From: Escherichia phage APECc02
Length of the DNA stretch: 64,000 bases
Sequence record: NC_041869.1
Reading direction: 5' to 3' (one strand)
Below the pieces are notes generated by a model, which ran no database searches, was not told the origin of the DNA, and was given only the letters and a program-made list of their open reading frames with translations. How positions within the stretch are numbered: position 1 is the first letter of the stretch; every line of letters starts with the position of its first letter. This document shows, piece by piece, positions 9,894 through 19,196 of this stretch. Made by a program: the position numbers and the translations under genes.

Positions 9894-10184
9894 TTACAGA
9901 TTGTTGTCGATAGTTTTTAAAATATCCACAGCAAGATCTGCCATTTTTCGAACATACTCTGCAAACTCAACAGGATCCTTGATCAAAGAATTCACAGGGT
10001 CGTACCCTAGAGCGTTCAAAATGGTTGCAGCATCTACAACCTTCTCATCATTTGCGAAGATCTCTCCGTCAAACTTGTAGGTCCATTTTGAGTCAACCTT
10101 AGCAGAGCAGGGTTTGTCCATGCTTGTTACACCATCGTCTTTAAACTCTCCTGCGTTATCAATATTCAGAACTAAATCCATCAT
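9894..10184 (-). CDS. hypothetical protein
   Basis: ORF co-oriented. Confidence 0.5.
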   Translation of the reverse strand: MMDLVLNIDNAGEFKDDGVTSMDKPCSAKVDSKWTYKFDGEIFANDEKVVDAATILNALGYDPVNSLIKDPVEFAEYVRKMADLAVDILKTIDNNL

Positions 10185-10201
10185 AGTGGCACCTCACTGT
10201 T

Positions 10202-10612
10202 TCAGTTTAGCTTTTCTTCAACAACCCCATAACTTGGGGCAGAGTCAAGAGCTTTCTGGTTTAAAAGTGGTGTAGCAGAATCTGCAAACGGTGTCCAAGT
10301 TTTTGTTCTGGCATTCCAGTAATGCTTCACTCTAGAATCTGGGTGCACTATAACAAAAACTTTTTCACTTGTCAACACATTAATTTCTTCCACACCTTTG
10401 CTGATAATTTCTCCGTCATATCCCCCGGTCTGGTATCCTTCGTACCAGGTTCTTGCATAGGCATAGCCAGCCTGCCAGCATGCAGCCTCCTCCGAGGTGG
10501 AGACTACGTAGAAGTCTTTCTCAAATTCTGGGATACGCCCTTGCTTTACGCTCCAAGCTCCGCGAATTTTCATTGTAACTTTGAACAGTTTATTTTTCAC
10601 AACGGTTACCAA
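10202..10612 (-). CDS. family-B protein, paralog of 7999-8394
   Basis: shared HPxS..YW..WTP..TP(F/L)L motif. Confidence 0.55.
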   Translation of the reverse strand: MVTVVKNKLFKVTMKIRGAWSVKQGRIPEFEKDFYVVSTSEEAACWQAGYAYARTWYEGYQTGGYDGEIISKGVEEINVLTSEKVFVIVHPDSRVKHYWNARTKTWTPFADSATPLLNQKALDSAPSYGVVEEKLN

Positions 10613-10867
10613 TCACAGCTCTACAATATCTGCATCTGACCCTGCCCCAAAGGCATAATAGGACTCTTCCCCGAAATAATATTCCGGTGCACCAGCAGCG
10701 ATCAGGTCTGATCCCAAGATAAACACCACGTTGTGGCCTACATAACTGTGATGTTGCCGCACAGGATCATCCCACGGCAACCCTTCAAAGTATACCGCAG
10801 GAACGACCTTTCCCTTCAGGAAGGATTGTCCCAAGTAGACGTTAGAATCAAGAATTTTAACCTTCAT
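10613..10867 (-). CDS. family-A small protein (MKVKIL...GSDLIAAGA...DIVEL)
   Basis: paralogous to 10857-11084 and 14516-14749. Confidence 0.55.
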   Translation of the reverse strand: MKVKILDSNVYLGQSFLKGKVVPAVYFEGLPWDDPVRQHHSYVGHNVVFILGSDLIAAGAPEYYFGEESYYAFGAGSDADIVEL

Positions 10868-11084
10868 GATCGTCCTCCACTATCTCTACATCCTCACCAA
10901 GGGCAAAGTTGTAGGTCCACTGACTGTCAAAGCAGTCCTGAGATGCACCAGCGGCAATAAGATCTGCACCTTTTATTTTTAAAAGGTCAGGATAATCTTC
11001 GTTAGGGATAGCGGTAAACACTTTCCCCACTAAGGGCTCCTGACCAATATAGAAGCTTGAATCTAAAACTTTAACTTTCATCAA
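10857..11084 (-). CDS. family-A small protein (MMKVKVL...GADLIAAGA...VEIVED)
   Basis: paralog; tandem with 10613-10867. Confidence 0.55.
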   Translation of the reverse strand: MMKVKVLDSSFYIGQEPLVGKVFTAIPNEDYPDLLKIKGADLIAAGASQDCFDSQWTYNFALGEDVEIVEDDHEG

Positions 11085-11368
11085 CGGTCTCCCTCAGGCG
11101 GTTGTGGGACGTAAACACTGTTACGAATATCGTCAGCAGTGTAGTAATAAGTGGTTCCAACCCTGTCTCGGGCTGCAATGTACTCTGCTATACCAATAAG
11201 TGCCATTGATTTGGTGGCGTATCTTCCCAACTCGTTAGCTCCCCAGTAGAATTTAGACCAGTAGGGAATAAGACCGAACAAATATACCTTTTGACGAACT
11301 TCCCAGTAAGTGCCTTTTCCGACAAGTTTAAACTCTACTTCACTACTGTTAATCTTTTTCATTATCAA
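11081..11368 (-). CDS. hypothetical protein
   Basis: ORF co-oriented, overlapping stops. Confidence 0.5.
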   Translation of the reverse strand: MIMKKINSSEVEFKLVGKGTYWEVRQKVYLFGLIPYWSKFYWGANELGRYATKSMALIGIAEYIAARDRVGTTYYYTADDIRNSVYVPQPPEGDR

Positions 11369-11661
11369 TCTCCCTCTACCGTGGTCGGATTGTCAGTAAG
11401 AAATTGAGCATTGGCTGGAGGCACGCCTGACATTTTCCACACAACCATAAGTTTGTAACCAGGCACTCTATTAAGTGCAGATCGAGTAGAGTTTGTGCAC
11501 GTATACTTTCGCTTTCCAAACCCGTTCTCCATCATAATCCAGTACCCAGTATCTTTGTCACCAGGTATCGGTAGACCACCTTCATCAACCCACTGAATGG
11601 ACCACGGCACGATGGCTACAGCTTTATATTTAAACTTTTTAAACCACTCAAAAAGTTTCAT
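11365..11661 (-). CDS. hypothetical protein
   Basis: ORF co-oriented. Confidence 0.5.
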   Translation of the reverse strand: MKLFEWFKKFKYKAVAIVPWSIQWVDEGGLPIPGDKDTGYWIMMENGFGKRKYTCTNSTRSALNRVPGYKLMVVWKMSGVPPANAQFLTDNPTTVEGD

Positions 11662-11756
11662 AATTCAGCCTCGCATAGACATAATCACTATAAACAGGCA
11701 AACAATGAATCCGAATGCCACGCCACCCATAAACGTTAATATTGATGCAATCATAG

Positions 11757-11942
11757 TCAATCAGCCTCGCTTGGCAACTCTTCTACCTTAACATGCCGAA
11801 AAGTGTTACCGTAATGGTTGATCCATGACATCAGCTCGCTTTCTTGCTCTTCCTCTGGGATGAACTCTCGAATGCTGACAAGTTTTAAGAAAACCCAATC
11901 ACAATCTGCACCCATTCTACCAGACAGGCAATAGTGCTTCAT
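11757..11942 (-). CDS. hypothetical small protein
   Basis: ORF co-oriented. Confidence 0.4.
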   Translation of the reverse strand: MKHYCLSGRMGADCDWVFLKLVSIREFIPEEEQESELMSWINHYGNTFRHVKVEELPSEAD

Positions 11943-11960
11943 AAAACCCTCCCGCCTGGT

Positions 11961-12155
11961 TTAGAATATTGCTTCTTCCATTGCGCCTGAGAGCAACAAA
12001 GAGGTGATCTGGCTAACATTCATCTCAGACTCTACTTCCTCCCCTTTGAAAGGTTCGCGGCAGAATAGGACTGTTTCAGGACTTTTACTTCGAACAATAT
12101 AATACAAATCATTCAATGTGTTGTAGTAATAAGTGTTAAAACGTAAGTTTTTCAT
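11961..12155 (-). CDS. hypothetical small protein
   Basis: ORF co-oriented. Confidence 0.4.
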   Translation of the reverse strand: MKNLRFNTYYYNTLNDLYYIVRSKSPETVLFCREPFKGEEVESEMNVSQITSLLLSGAMEEAIF

Positions 12156-12439
12156 TTTCTAGTCCTCTTCTTAGATTTTTGGGGAGAAACGCTTTCTGCA
12201 ATACGAGACAGACGTTCTTCTGAAGCCTTACCTACTCCAGGTTTTTTGAGTGGATTATCTTTATGACCACAATCCAACTGGATATTGGATACCTCTCCAA
12301 CTTTGTAAGTCAATTCTAGCAAAAGGTTGTCGTCCTTGTCAAATGTTTTTACGATAAATTTTTTATCGTTCTCCTGAACTTCATATCTGGTACCTGCAGT
12401 ATACAGCATGGTGCCATCAGCATAGGATATCCAGATCAT
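12152..12439 (-). CDS. hypothetical protein (basic C-terminus)
   Basis: ORF co-oriented. Confidence 0.45.
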   Translation of the reverse strand: MIWISYADGTMLYTAGTRYEVQENDKKFIVKTFDKDDNLLLELTYKVGEVSNIQLDCGHKDNPLKKPGVGKASEERLSRIAESVSPQKSKKRTRK

Positions 12440-12783
12440 TGAGCCTCCTTTTGCTGCAACAGCATTAACTCTTTGTTAGAGATCTTTACTGCTGTTTTTA
12501 TTGTTCCATCTTCACGAAACCACGACCAGAACTCTACAGTGTCACCACTATCAAGTAAAGCATGCCCATGGTAAAAATCTTTGTCCTTAGACAGTTTCTC
12601 ATCTATATCTGCATCAACACATTCGTGATCCATAGCATTTTGCCTGAACGCATCGGTTATGCCAATGCACGCCTTGCTCTCAAGACTGGTATATCCGATA
12701 TCTTTTAATTCAGTTTCCCAAGTCCAGTACCCTATAAAAGCTAAAACAGCTACCCACAGTAATAACGTTTTAATCTTTGGCAT
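12436..12783 (-). CDS. membrane-anchored or secreted protein (N-terminal signal/TM)
   Basis: N-terminus MPKIKTLLLWVAVLAFIGYW. Confidence 0.45.
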   Translation of the reverse strand: MPKIKTLLLWVAVLAFIGYWTWETELKDIGYTSLESKACIGITDAFRQNAMDHECVDADIDEKLSKDKDFYHGHALLDSGDTVEFWSWFREDGTIKTAVKISNKELMLLQQKEAQ

Positions 12784-12845
12784 TCTCTCTACCTCTTTCT
12801 TAGTTTATTTCACTATGGCACATCCTTTGTGCCATATCTCAACTA

Positions 12846-13316
12846 CTACTTAAATAGTAGTTCAAAATAGTGCAAAATTAACAGAAGTTGAACTACACCT
12901 AGTGCAACGGCAAGTATGTTAATCTTAGAATCGAAAAACTTCTTAACTTTTACTCTAAAAGGTTCCTTAATGTCCTTTACGATCCTATCTATAGATGACC
13001 TCATATCTCTGATTACCATCCTGAACATTAAAGACGGATGCTCCCCCATCTCTGTAACGGAATCGAAAACATACTCTCTTCGGTCATAAGGGCCGCCAGC
13101 TCTGCGTATTAACCTCTCCACAGAGACCTCGAACGTCACACCTGTAACGTAATCATCTATAACAAGTCGTGACGGGTCTTTACCTTTACTATCAAGAGGT
13201 ATCAAAGTTATCTTTCCAGATTTTGTTAAAATTTCCCCTTTTTCAAGCAAGGTGTACCAATGCTCTCTGCCAAGACTGTTGAGGCACGTTTTTACATATT
13301 TAACAAACATCGTCAC
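12846..13316 (-). CDS. tail-anchored membrane protein (C-terminal TM)
   Basis: C-terminal hydrophobic stretch INILAVALGVVQLLLILHYF. Confidence 0.45.
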   Translation of the reverse strand: MTMFVKYVKTCLNSLGREHWYTLLEKGEILTKSGKITLIPLDSKGKDPSRLVIDDYVTGVTFEVSVERLIRRAGGPYDRREYVFDSVTEMGEHPSLMFRMVIRDMRSSIDRIVKDIKEPFRVKVKKFFDSKINILAVALGVVQLLLILHYFELLFK

Positions 13317-13718
13317 CCCTCATCGCACGTCTGATATAACCACTCTATAAAATCTTGATACCATTCGCCCTCTGAGCGCTCCGTAGGCCAATAATCTTCA
13401 CCCTCTCGTGCATTAAAATCTGAGTATTCAACTTTCCACTCCTTTACCAGCTCGTGGAGAAGGTTTTCAGCCTGCTCTAAAGATTTATTTTTTTACCATT
13501 GCTGTCTCCTTTTTCAAGATAGTTATACATCAGAACTGCACCACCTAAGATGGCTACCAGTAACAATACCCCAGATAGCATCTCAATAAACATGGCTTGA
13601 AACACTGGAAGGCCTCCCTAAATTAACGCACCATTTTAAATACATGCTCTTTTCCCATAAAGGTGCCTGGCTAAGATCTGCGTAGAACGCAATCTCTTTA
13701 AGAACAGTATAAACAGTT

Positions 13719-13955
13719 TTAGGTGCGGTCTCCATCCCTACCCTCCTTTTTCTCCTTACGGATATTCTTGTAGTAATCAACCAAGCACATTATCACGATG
13801 AAGATAACAACAGGCCAAAAAGGTGCAGCAGTGATGATGGTGATAAAATCATCAAACTTCACCCTTCGTCTGGACACGATGCATACACCTGTCAAGAATA
13901 CCGCTGTTATAACGGACATTACCAGGTAACCTATTAGCACAACATTTATACTCAT
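13719..13955 (-). CDS. two-TM membrane protein with charged C-terminus (holin-like topology)
   Basis: two hydrophobic helices then KNIRKEKKEGRDGDRT. Confidence 0.35.
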   Translation of the reverse strand: MSINVVLIGYLVMSVITAVFLTGVCIVSRRRVKFDDFITIITAAPFWPVVIFIVIMCLVDYYKNIRKEKKEGRDGDRT

Positions 13956-13985
13956 TGGTCCTCCCTTTGTAGGTTAAATTGTATA

Positions 13986-14519
13986 CTACAAATGGTCGCT
14001 GAGGGTGTCAAGAAAATTATCCCGTTCTTTCTCAGAGTTTTCATGTGTGTAGCTGAAAAACATATCGAGAATAACCTTATTGATATATTCCAGCTCCTCT
14101 GTGTTCAGATGCTTAGCAGGATCTACAATGACATCCCAAATATCATACAGACCGCACTCATGATACCCATAACGCCACTCAATTGTCAAGCTGAGCGGCA
14201 AATCTTTACCTTCACAAACAACCTTCCATCTACATATGTTGGTATCTGGTCGTACCTGTGCACGGTACACCTGCACAAAATCCAATTTGAATTTGAGGTA
14301 CTCGTCATACAATTTAAGCACAAAGCTCTCGATTTGTGGAGACACTTTTGCAGCAAACTGTGCGTATTTGTACTTGCACTGGATGATCTTTCTGCGTTTT
14401 GCAGTTAAATTTTTTGCCGCCAGTTGTTCTTCAGTGTATCTCCACCTACGATCAACAAACGCAACAGGGTCTTTGTCCCCATAGAGGTCTTCCCAGTTAA
14501 TCAGAAGCATACCTGTCAC
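13986..14519 (-). CDS. hypothetical protein
   Basis: ORF co-oriented. Confidence 0.5.
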   Translation of the reverse strand: MTGMLLINWEDLYGDKDPVAFVDRRWRYTEEQLAAKNLTAKRRKIIQCKYKYAQFAAKVSPQIESFVLKLYDEYLKFKLDFVQVYRAQVRPDTNICRWKVVCEGKDLPLSLTIEWRYGYHECGLYDIWDVIVDPAKHLNTEELEYINKVILDMFFSYTHENSEKERDNFLDTLSDHL

Positions 14520-14749
14520 TCCTCCACAACTTCAAGGCCTTTACCGCCTCGCTCTGGCAGATTACTTAAAGATAGGTAATACATATAATCAGGAGAGATC
14601 CTGCCAGACTCTGCACCTGCAGCTAGTAAATCCTTCCCTTTAACCAGGACAACATTCTCGTTTGCAGATAGCCGTTTTGCTTCCACAATTTTACCAACAC
14701 AGTCAACCAAGGAAGGGTACCCTAAATCTGTAAGAAATTTAACTTTCAT
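14516..14749 (-). CDS. family-A small protein (MKVKFL...GKDLLAAGA...LEVVEE)
   Basis: paralog of 10613 and 10857 ORFs. Confidence 0.55.
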   Translation of the reverse strand: MKVKFLTDLGYPSLVDCVGKIVEAKRLSANENVVLVKGKDLLAAGAESGRISPDYMYYLSLSNLPERGGKGLEVVEE

Positions 14750-14786
14750 GCTACCTCCTACCTACCATCCCTGGTAAGATAAATTA

Positions 14787-15185
14787 TTACTGAACAGAGC
14801 GCGGTGCTGGGAAGGATAACTCTTCTAAAGAGAAGATTTCATTTCCTACCACCCAAGTTGCTGGGTCATCTGGATCAACAGGTTGGATAATCATTACCTC
14901 ATCCGCCTCGCACACACGTTTCCCACCCATAGTAGCGTCAGCCACTAACATACGCGGCTCTTCAGAAATGCACAGGTAGCCACCTCGGCCCACTGTTCCT
15001 TCCACGGGATCCTGCCCTTTGACCACAATGAATACCTTCTCTCCTGTGGCGATATTACTTTTCACACTAACAGTTTGACCAACTTTAGATGTACCGATCT
15101 TGGTGGCTTCAAACATTAAATCCCGAATTACTGTTGCATAGTTGCCGGACACTTTCTTACCTTCTTTAGTAATCTCAATCTTCAT
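14787..15185 (-). CDS. hypothetical protein (MKIEI...)
   Basis: ORF co-oriented. Confidence 0.5.
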   Translation of the reverse strand: MKIEITKEGKKVSGNYATVIRDLMFEATKIGTSKVGQTVSVKSNIATGEKVFIVVKGQDPVEGTVGRGGYLCISEEPRMLVADATMGGKRVCEADEVMIIQPVDPDDPATWVVGNEIFSLEELSFPAPRSVQ

Positions 15186-15457
15186 AATCTAGGCTCCTTA
15201 AATGAATCTATGTAATCAATTAAATCCCAAGCATCGCGATGGGCTGTCAGAGGGTATACTTCTCCGAGAGGGATCATAGCAATAAGTCTATCAAAAACCC
15301 AGTCTGGACGCAACATTTTATGGTGATATTCCCACTCACCTTCCACAGATTTTTTCTGAGTTATCAGGATCTCTGTGTAGTGTTTCTCCTGTCTTGAGTA
15401 GATTGAAAATGACTTGTACATAAATGACCCCCTCTTGTTGAAAACAACAATACACAA
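15182..15457 (-). CDS. hypothetical protein
   Basis: ORF co-oriented. Confidence 0.45.
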   Translation of the reverse strand: MCIVVFNKRGSFMYKSFSIYSRQEKHYTEILITQKKSVEGEWEYHHKMLRPDWVFDRLIAMIPLGEVYPLTAHRDAWDLIDYIDSFKEPRL

Positions 15458-15772
15458 CTACCAGGTTACTGTCAAGTAGGCAACCGTATTATTTTTCTCT
15501 GGGGAGATGCCAACAACATCTACCTGCAGACCTCCTGCCCTTAAATCTCCAACAATGTGAGGGAAGTAATCTGAGAGATGCGAGGGTAGATTTATCGAAA
15601 ATCCGCACCCCAGAAAGCCTGCTAACGCTTTATTTTGTATCTCCCCCACAATCGCATCATAAATGGAGTTAAGCTCGTCAGGGAGCGTTACAGGACGTTT
15701 TAGCGCTAACTGGTGTAATTTGTCCTTAGCACTCATTTTCATTTCAGGTCTACCTCTGGAGGTGCCAACCAC
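15458..15772 (-). CDS. hypothetical protein
   Basis: ORF co-oriented. Confidence 0.45.
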   Translation of the reverse strand: MVGTSRGRPEMKMSAKDKLHQLALKRPVTLPDELNSIYDAIVGEIQNKALAGFLGCGFSINLPSHLSDYFPHIVGDLRAGGLQVDVVGISPEKNNTVAYLTVTW

Positions 15773-16272
15773 ATAAACGGCGGCAAGTCTAAACGGTTTT
15801 TCTTATCCCACACAAAATATGCATATGCTTGCCCGTCAGTTCTGCCGTTTGATTGAAATGATGGACGCTTAGATATTGTGATCACAGTAGTAGGTGCATT
15901 ATCAAGCCACCATTCAAATCTGGCTTTGCTTTCCAGAAAATTAAGACGCAAAAGCATAATAACTACGTCAGCATCTTTCAACGCCTTGTCTACAAACTCA
16001 CGAGCCAGGCTGTATGGTGGGTTGGTGATAATACAGTCAACATGGTTGTATTCTGTATTCAGATAGTCAACACCTTCTTGTATTTCTCCCCATGCAGATC
16101 CTAACGGCATACGGGAGTAGAACACACCTGAGGCACTATTCCTGCAAGGCTCTAAGTAGGTCCAGTCTTCTGGGAACGGAATAAGGTCATACAGCCCTTC
16201 TGCACACCACTCCGGTGTCACATACTCATCGTAGGCGTTACGTTGTTCATCAGGTTTTCGAGCACAAGTCAT
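15739..16272 (-). CDS. DNA N6-adenine (amino) methyltransferase, small NPPY-motif type
   Basis: catalytic motif IV CIITNPPYSL. Confidence 0.6.
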   Translation of the reverse strand: MTCARKPDEQRNAYDEYVTPEWCAEGLYDLIPFPEDWTYLEPCRNSASGVFYSRMPLGSAWGEIQEGVDYLNTEYNHVDCIITNPPYSLAREFVDKALKDADVVIMLLRLNFLESKARFEWWLDNAPTTVITISKRPSFQSNGRTDGQAYAYFVWDKKNRLDLPPFMWLAPPEVDLK

Positions 16273-16290
16273 GCAAATCTCCAGATCATA

Positions 16291-16312
16291 AAAGCCCTCC
16301 GAAGAGGGCTTT
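16291..16312 (-). terminator. hairpin AAAGCCCTC-CGAA-GAGGGCTTT
   Basis: perfect 9-bp stem with tetraloop between genes. Confidence 0.4.
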
Positions 16313-16323
16313 AGAATTAATGT

Positions 16324-17373
16324 TTAAGCTTCTTCGACAATTCCTGCACCCAGGATTTTTTCATTGAGCTCTTTTGCTGTTTTAATAATATTGTCCACCA
16401 GACGCTTGCGAGTCTTATCTTTTACCTTAACCTCTTCACCGCCGTTTAGGGTTGTCTTCAATTGGGACAAAATGTCTTGAAGTTCAACGACAGAGAATCG
16501 CTGCAGATCTTCTGAGGTAATCTCACCTAAGGCAATCTTAACGGTCTCACCACTTTCCATCTGCAGGTTCAGGAACACAGTGTGAACATCACCTTTCGAA
16601 CCACCAGCTTTTGCAGATTCAACAGCATGAACTAACTCATCTAAAGAGGTACACTGGTGAATCTCCGGGAGACCTGCTTCACCTAACACACCTTCTTCAT
16701 CACCTTTTGCCAGAAGCTTTTTCGGTTTTTGTCCGTTCTGGATGCGTTGTATGTTACCTTCATCCAGAATGATAGCTCCAGTTCGAGCTGCCAGCTCCTC
16801 TCCGTCCAACCACACTTCACCACCAGCTGTGATGGATGCGATCTCATCTTCTGTCAGCACCCAACCGTAGTATTTTTCGATCAGGCGTTCGAAACGCTTT
16901 TTCCAGTAGCTGACCTGAGTATTCATGTTCACACCGTTACCATAAGTGCCACCTTGATAGTAGTGGAACATAAATTCTGTGTCCGGAGCCACAGTACGTT
17001 CTTTGCAACCCAGCCATAAGATTGTTCCCGCAGAGCAGCACATCCCTTCCGCATGTGCAACAACGCTTGCCTGAGACTCGCGGAATGCCTGCAGATAAGC
17101 CATCGCAATGTGCACGCAACCACCAGGGCTGTTAATGATCACTCGAATGCTTTCTTCAGGCTGAGCCATACGGATCGTCTGCAGGCGAGACATATGATCC
17201 TGCAGGTCTTCCAAATCGTCGATATAAAGAACGTGGTCAACAACAGGTGTTGGGTAGCTGTATGTCTCCATAATACCACCCGGCATACCGAACATTTTAT
17301 TACTCATAGGTTCGAAACCGTTCTGTTTTTCTTTCATGCCGTGTACCATGGTGCTGCGAGGTGTTAAATTCAT
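16324..17373 (-). CDS. ClpP-like serine peptidase (S14 fold) with C-terminal extension
   Basis: INSPGG motif, Ser in CCSAGT, His in MFHYYQGG, matching ClpP catalytic layout. Confidence 0.65.
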   Translation of the reverse strand: MNLTPRSTMVHGMKEKQNGFEPMSNKMFGMPGGIMETYSYPTPVVDHVLYIDDLEDLQDHMSRLQTIRMAQPEESIRVIINSPGGCVHIAMAYLQAFRESQASVVAHAEGMCCSAGTILWLGCKERTVAPDTEFMFHYYQGGTYGNGVNMNTQVSYWKKRFERLIEKYYGWVLTEDEIASITAGGEVWLDGEELAARTGAIILDEGNIQRIQNGQKPKKLLAKGDEEGVLGEAGLPEIHQCTSLDELVHAVESAKAGGSKGDVHTVFLNLQMESGETVKIALGEITSEDLQRFSVVELQDILSQLKTTLNGGEEVKVKDKTRKRLVDNIIKTAKELNEKILGAGIVEEA

Positions 17374-17433
17374 GAGAAATCCTTAATATTGGAAGTTGAA
17401 AGCTATTTATTTAAACCTGATTCACATTTACCT

Positions 17434-17745
17434 TTATTTAGCAATCACTAGTGAATACTTACGATTGTCAGAAGCATCACAGCTCAATGATTGCCAGTCT
17501 ACCACATACCACGTATCATTGTCAACAATTACTTTATCGCCTGTTCTGTAGCAGGTACTGCTTTCAATAATCCGAGACTCGATAAAGAATCTGTGTCGGC
17601 GCTCACGTAGCAACGCTAAGTTGATTATATTACCACCGCTGTCCTTGATCCACACATTCTTGGATCCTTTATTTGCCAAAATTGTCTCGCCGTTGTAGAC
17701 AAACAGGCAGTATATTTTATTCAGTTTCTCTTGTATTGTAGCCAT
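17434..17745 (-). CDS. hypothetical protein
   Basis: ORF with AGAGAGAAGGA RBS downstream of promoter. Confidence 0.5.
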   Translation of the reverse strand: MATIQEKLNKIYCLFVYNGETILANKGSKNVWIKDSGGNIINLALLRERRHRFFIESRIIESSTCYRTGDKVIVDNDTWYVVDWQSLSCDASDNRKYSLVIAK

Positions 17746-17773
17746 ACTGTCCTTCTCTCTGTTTTGTCCGATA

Positions 17774-17802
17774 ATAATATCTAAAGCTTACCTATTTGTC
17801 AA
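17774..17802 (-). promoter_or_regulatory. sigma70-type promoter on minus strand (TTGACA-N17-TATTAT)
   Basis: plus-strand ATAATA 17774-17779 and TGTCAA 17797-17802. Confidence 0.55.
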
Positions 17803-17846
17803 CAACTGTTTTAGATATTTAAGGGTGGAATAACCACCCTTCTGTA

Positions 17847-18635
17847 TTACTCGGAAACAGGGGTCCAAATATGATTTGCACGATCCTCAATAAGATTGAG
17901 TGCGATCTGACGACCCAACCCGGAACGAACGACATCGTCTGGACTATCAAAGCTGATCATTCCAACCTCAGGATCTGGATGACGAGTAAAGAAATCCGTC
18001 ACCCATGCAAGGCCAGATTTACCAGGGATGTCACGTTGGCTATTATCACCCATAATTACAAGGGTGGCCTGATCAGAGATCCTTGTGATAATTGACAACA
18101 TTTCTTCAGGGTTAGTTTGCTGTGCCTCGTCAATCAGGACAAAGCATCGCTCATCGAAACTACGACCACGAATGCTTTCAACTTCACAAATCTCGATACG
18201 ACTGTTCTGACCGTCTCCCAGCATTGCGGCAAAAGCACCTTTGCCAACACGACGACAAATCGTGTCCATCATGCTTCGAAGATAGGGCCACAGTTTCTGC
18301 ATTGCATTTCCGGGTTTAAATCCTGAAGTCTTTCCTGTCTGGACGTAAGGACGTGCAACAATGATCTTATCAATCTCGTTCTTACGCAGAAGATCACCTG
18401 CATATGCAGATGCCATAAATGTCTTACCGGATCCAAACACACCGTTTACAATAATAATCTTACGTGACCCCAGATAATCAAGATACTTTTGCTGCTTCTT
18501 ATTCATTGGTCGGAGAGCTGGAGCGGTGTGCTCTCTTTCGTCAGCAAATTTCTCAGCAGCCTTACGCAGGCGATCAGATTTGCGAGCCTCTCTAGCTTCA
18601 TCACGCATGCGTTTTGTTTCTTTAGCTCGACCCAT
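17847..18635 (-). CDS. phoH: PhoH-like ATPase
   Basis: Walker A GVFGSGKTF plus PhoH-like downstream blocks; AAGGAG RBS. Confidence 0.8.
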   Translation of the reverse strand: MGRAKETKRMRDEAREARKSDRLRKAAEKFADEREHTAPALRPMNKKQQKYLDYLGSRKIIIVNGVFGSGKTFMASAYAGDLLRKNEIDKIIVARPYVQTGKTSGFKPGNAMQKLWPYLRSMMDTICRRVGKGAFAAMLGDGQNSRIEICEVESIRGRSFDERCFVLIDEAQQTNPEEMLSIITRISDQATLVIMGDNSQRDIPGKSGLAWVTDFFTRHPDPEVGMISFDSPDDVVRSGLGRQIALNLIEDRANHIWTPVSE

Positions 18636-18673
18636 GTTGGGACTCCTTTCAGATTGAGATGTGCCAAGTACTT

Positions 18674-19024
18674 TTACTGCAACAGTTTTTCAATAGCCGC
18701 TTCCATGCTGCTTGCAACAGCCTGAACTCGGATATTCATCTCTTCTTGGTGGATCAGCTCCTTAAGCTCTTTAATGGTAAATTCTTTAGAGAAACCTTCC
18801 ACCATAATCTTGTGCAAGGCTTCTTGCGTGTCTACTTGCAAGAACTTTTCCAGTTTGTTGGCAGAGGCTTCTAAATCAGCCCGAATACGAGGGTCATCTG
18901 TGCGATTCAGCATTAGGCGTAAGCCATCAAGATTAGTAGAAATAGCATCTGCATGTTGAGTAACTAACCGTGGCAAAATGAGGTCTACAAACTTATTAGC
19001 CAAATCGATACGTTCTTGTGTCAC
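18674..19024 (-). CDS. hypothetical protein (GTG start)
   Basis: ORF co-oriented; GTGA overlap with upstream small ORF. Confidence 0.45.
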   Translation of the reverse strand: MTQERIDLANKFVDLILPRLVTQHADAISTNLDGLRLMLNRTDDPRIRADLEASANKLEKFLQVDTQEALHKIMVEGFSKEFTIKELKELIHQEEMNIRVQAVASSMEAAIEKLLQ

Positions 19025-19134
19025 TGTTGCACCCCCTCTTCATCTTCATGATGTTTCTTTTCACGCTTGTGTTTTTTCTTAAGCTCAAGCGCAATCTCTT
19101 TCTTGTACGCCTTCTTCAAGGCTTTTTTAGCCAT
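19021..19134 (-). CDS. possible 37-aa Lys-rich peptide
   Basis: GGAGG RBS 7 nt upstream of ATG; stop overlaps next start; below track cutoff. Confidence 0.3.
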   Translation of the reverse strand: MAKKALKKAYKKEIALELKKKHKREKKHHEDEEGVQQ

Positions 19135-19196
19135 TTGGCACCTCCTCTGCTTTCATTACGCTAATTATAACCAACTTAACAAAACTTTGTCAACAA

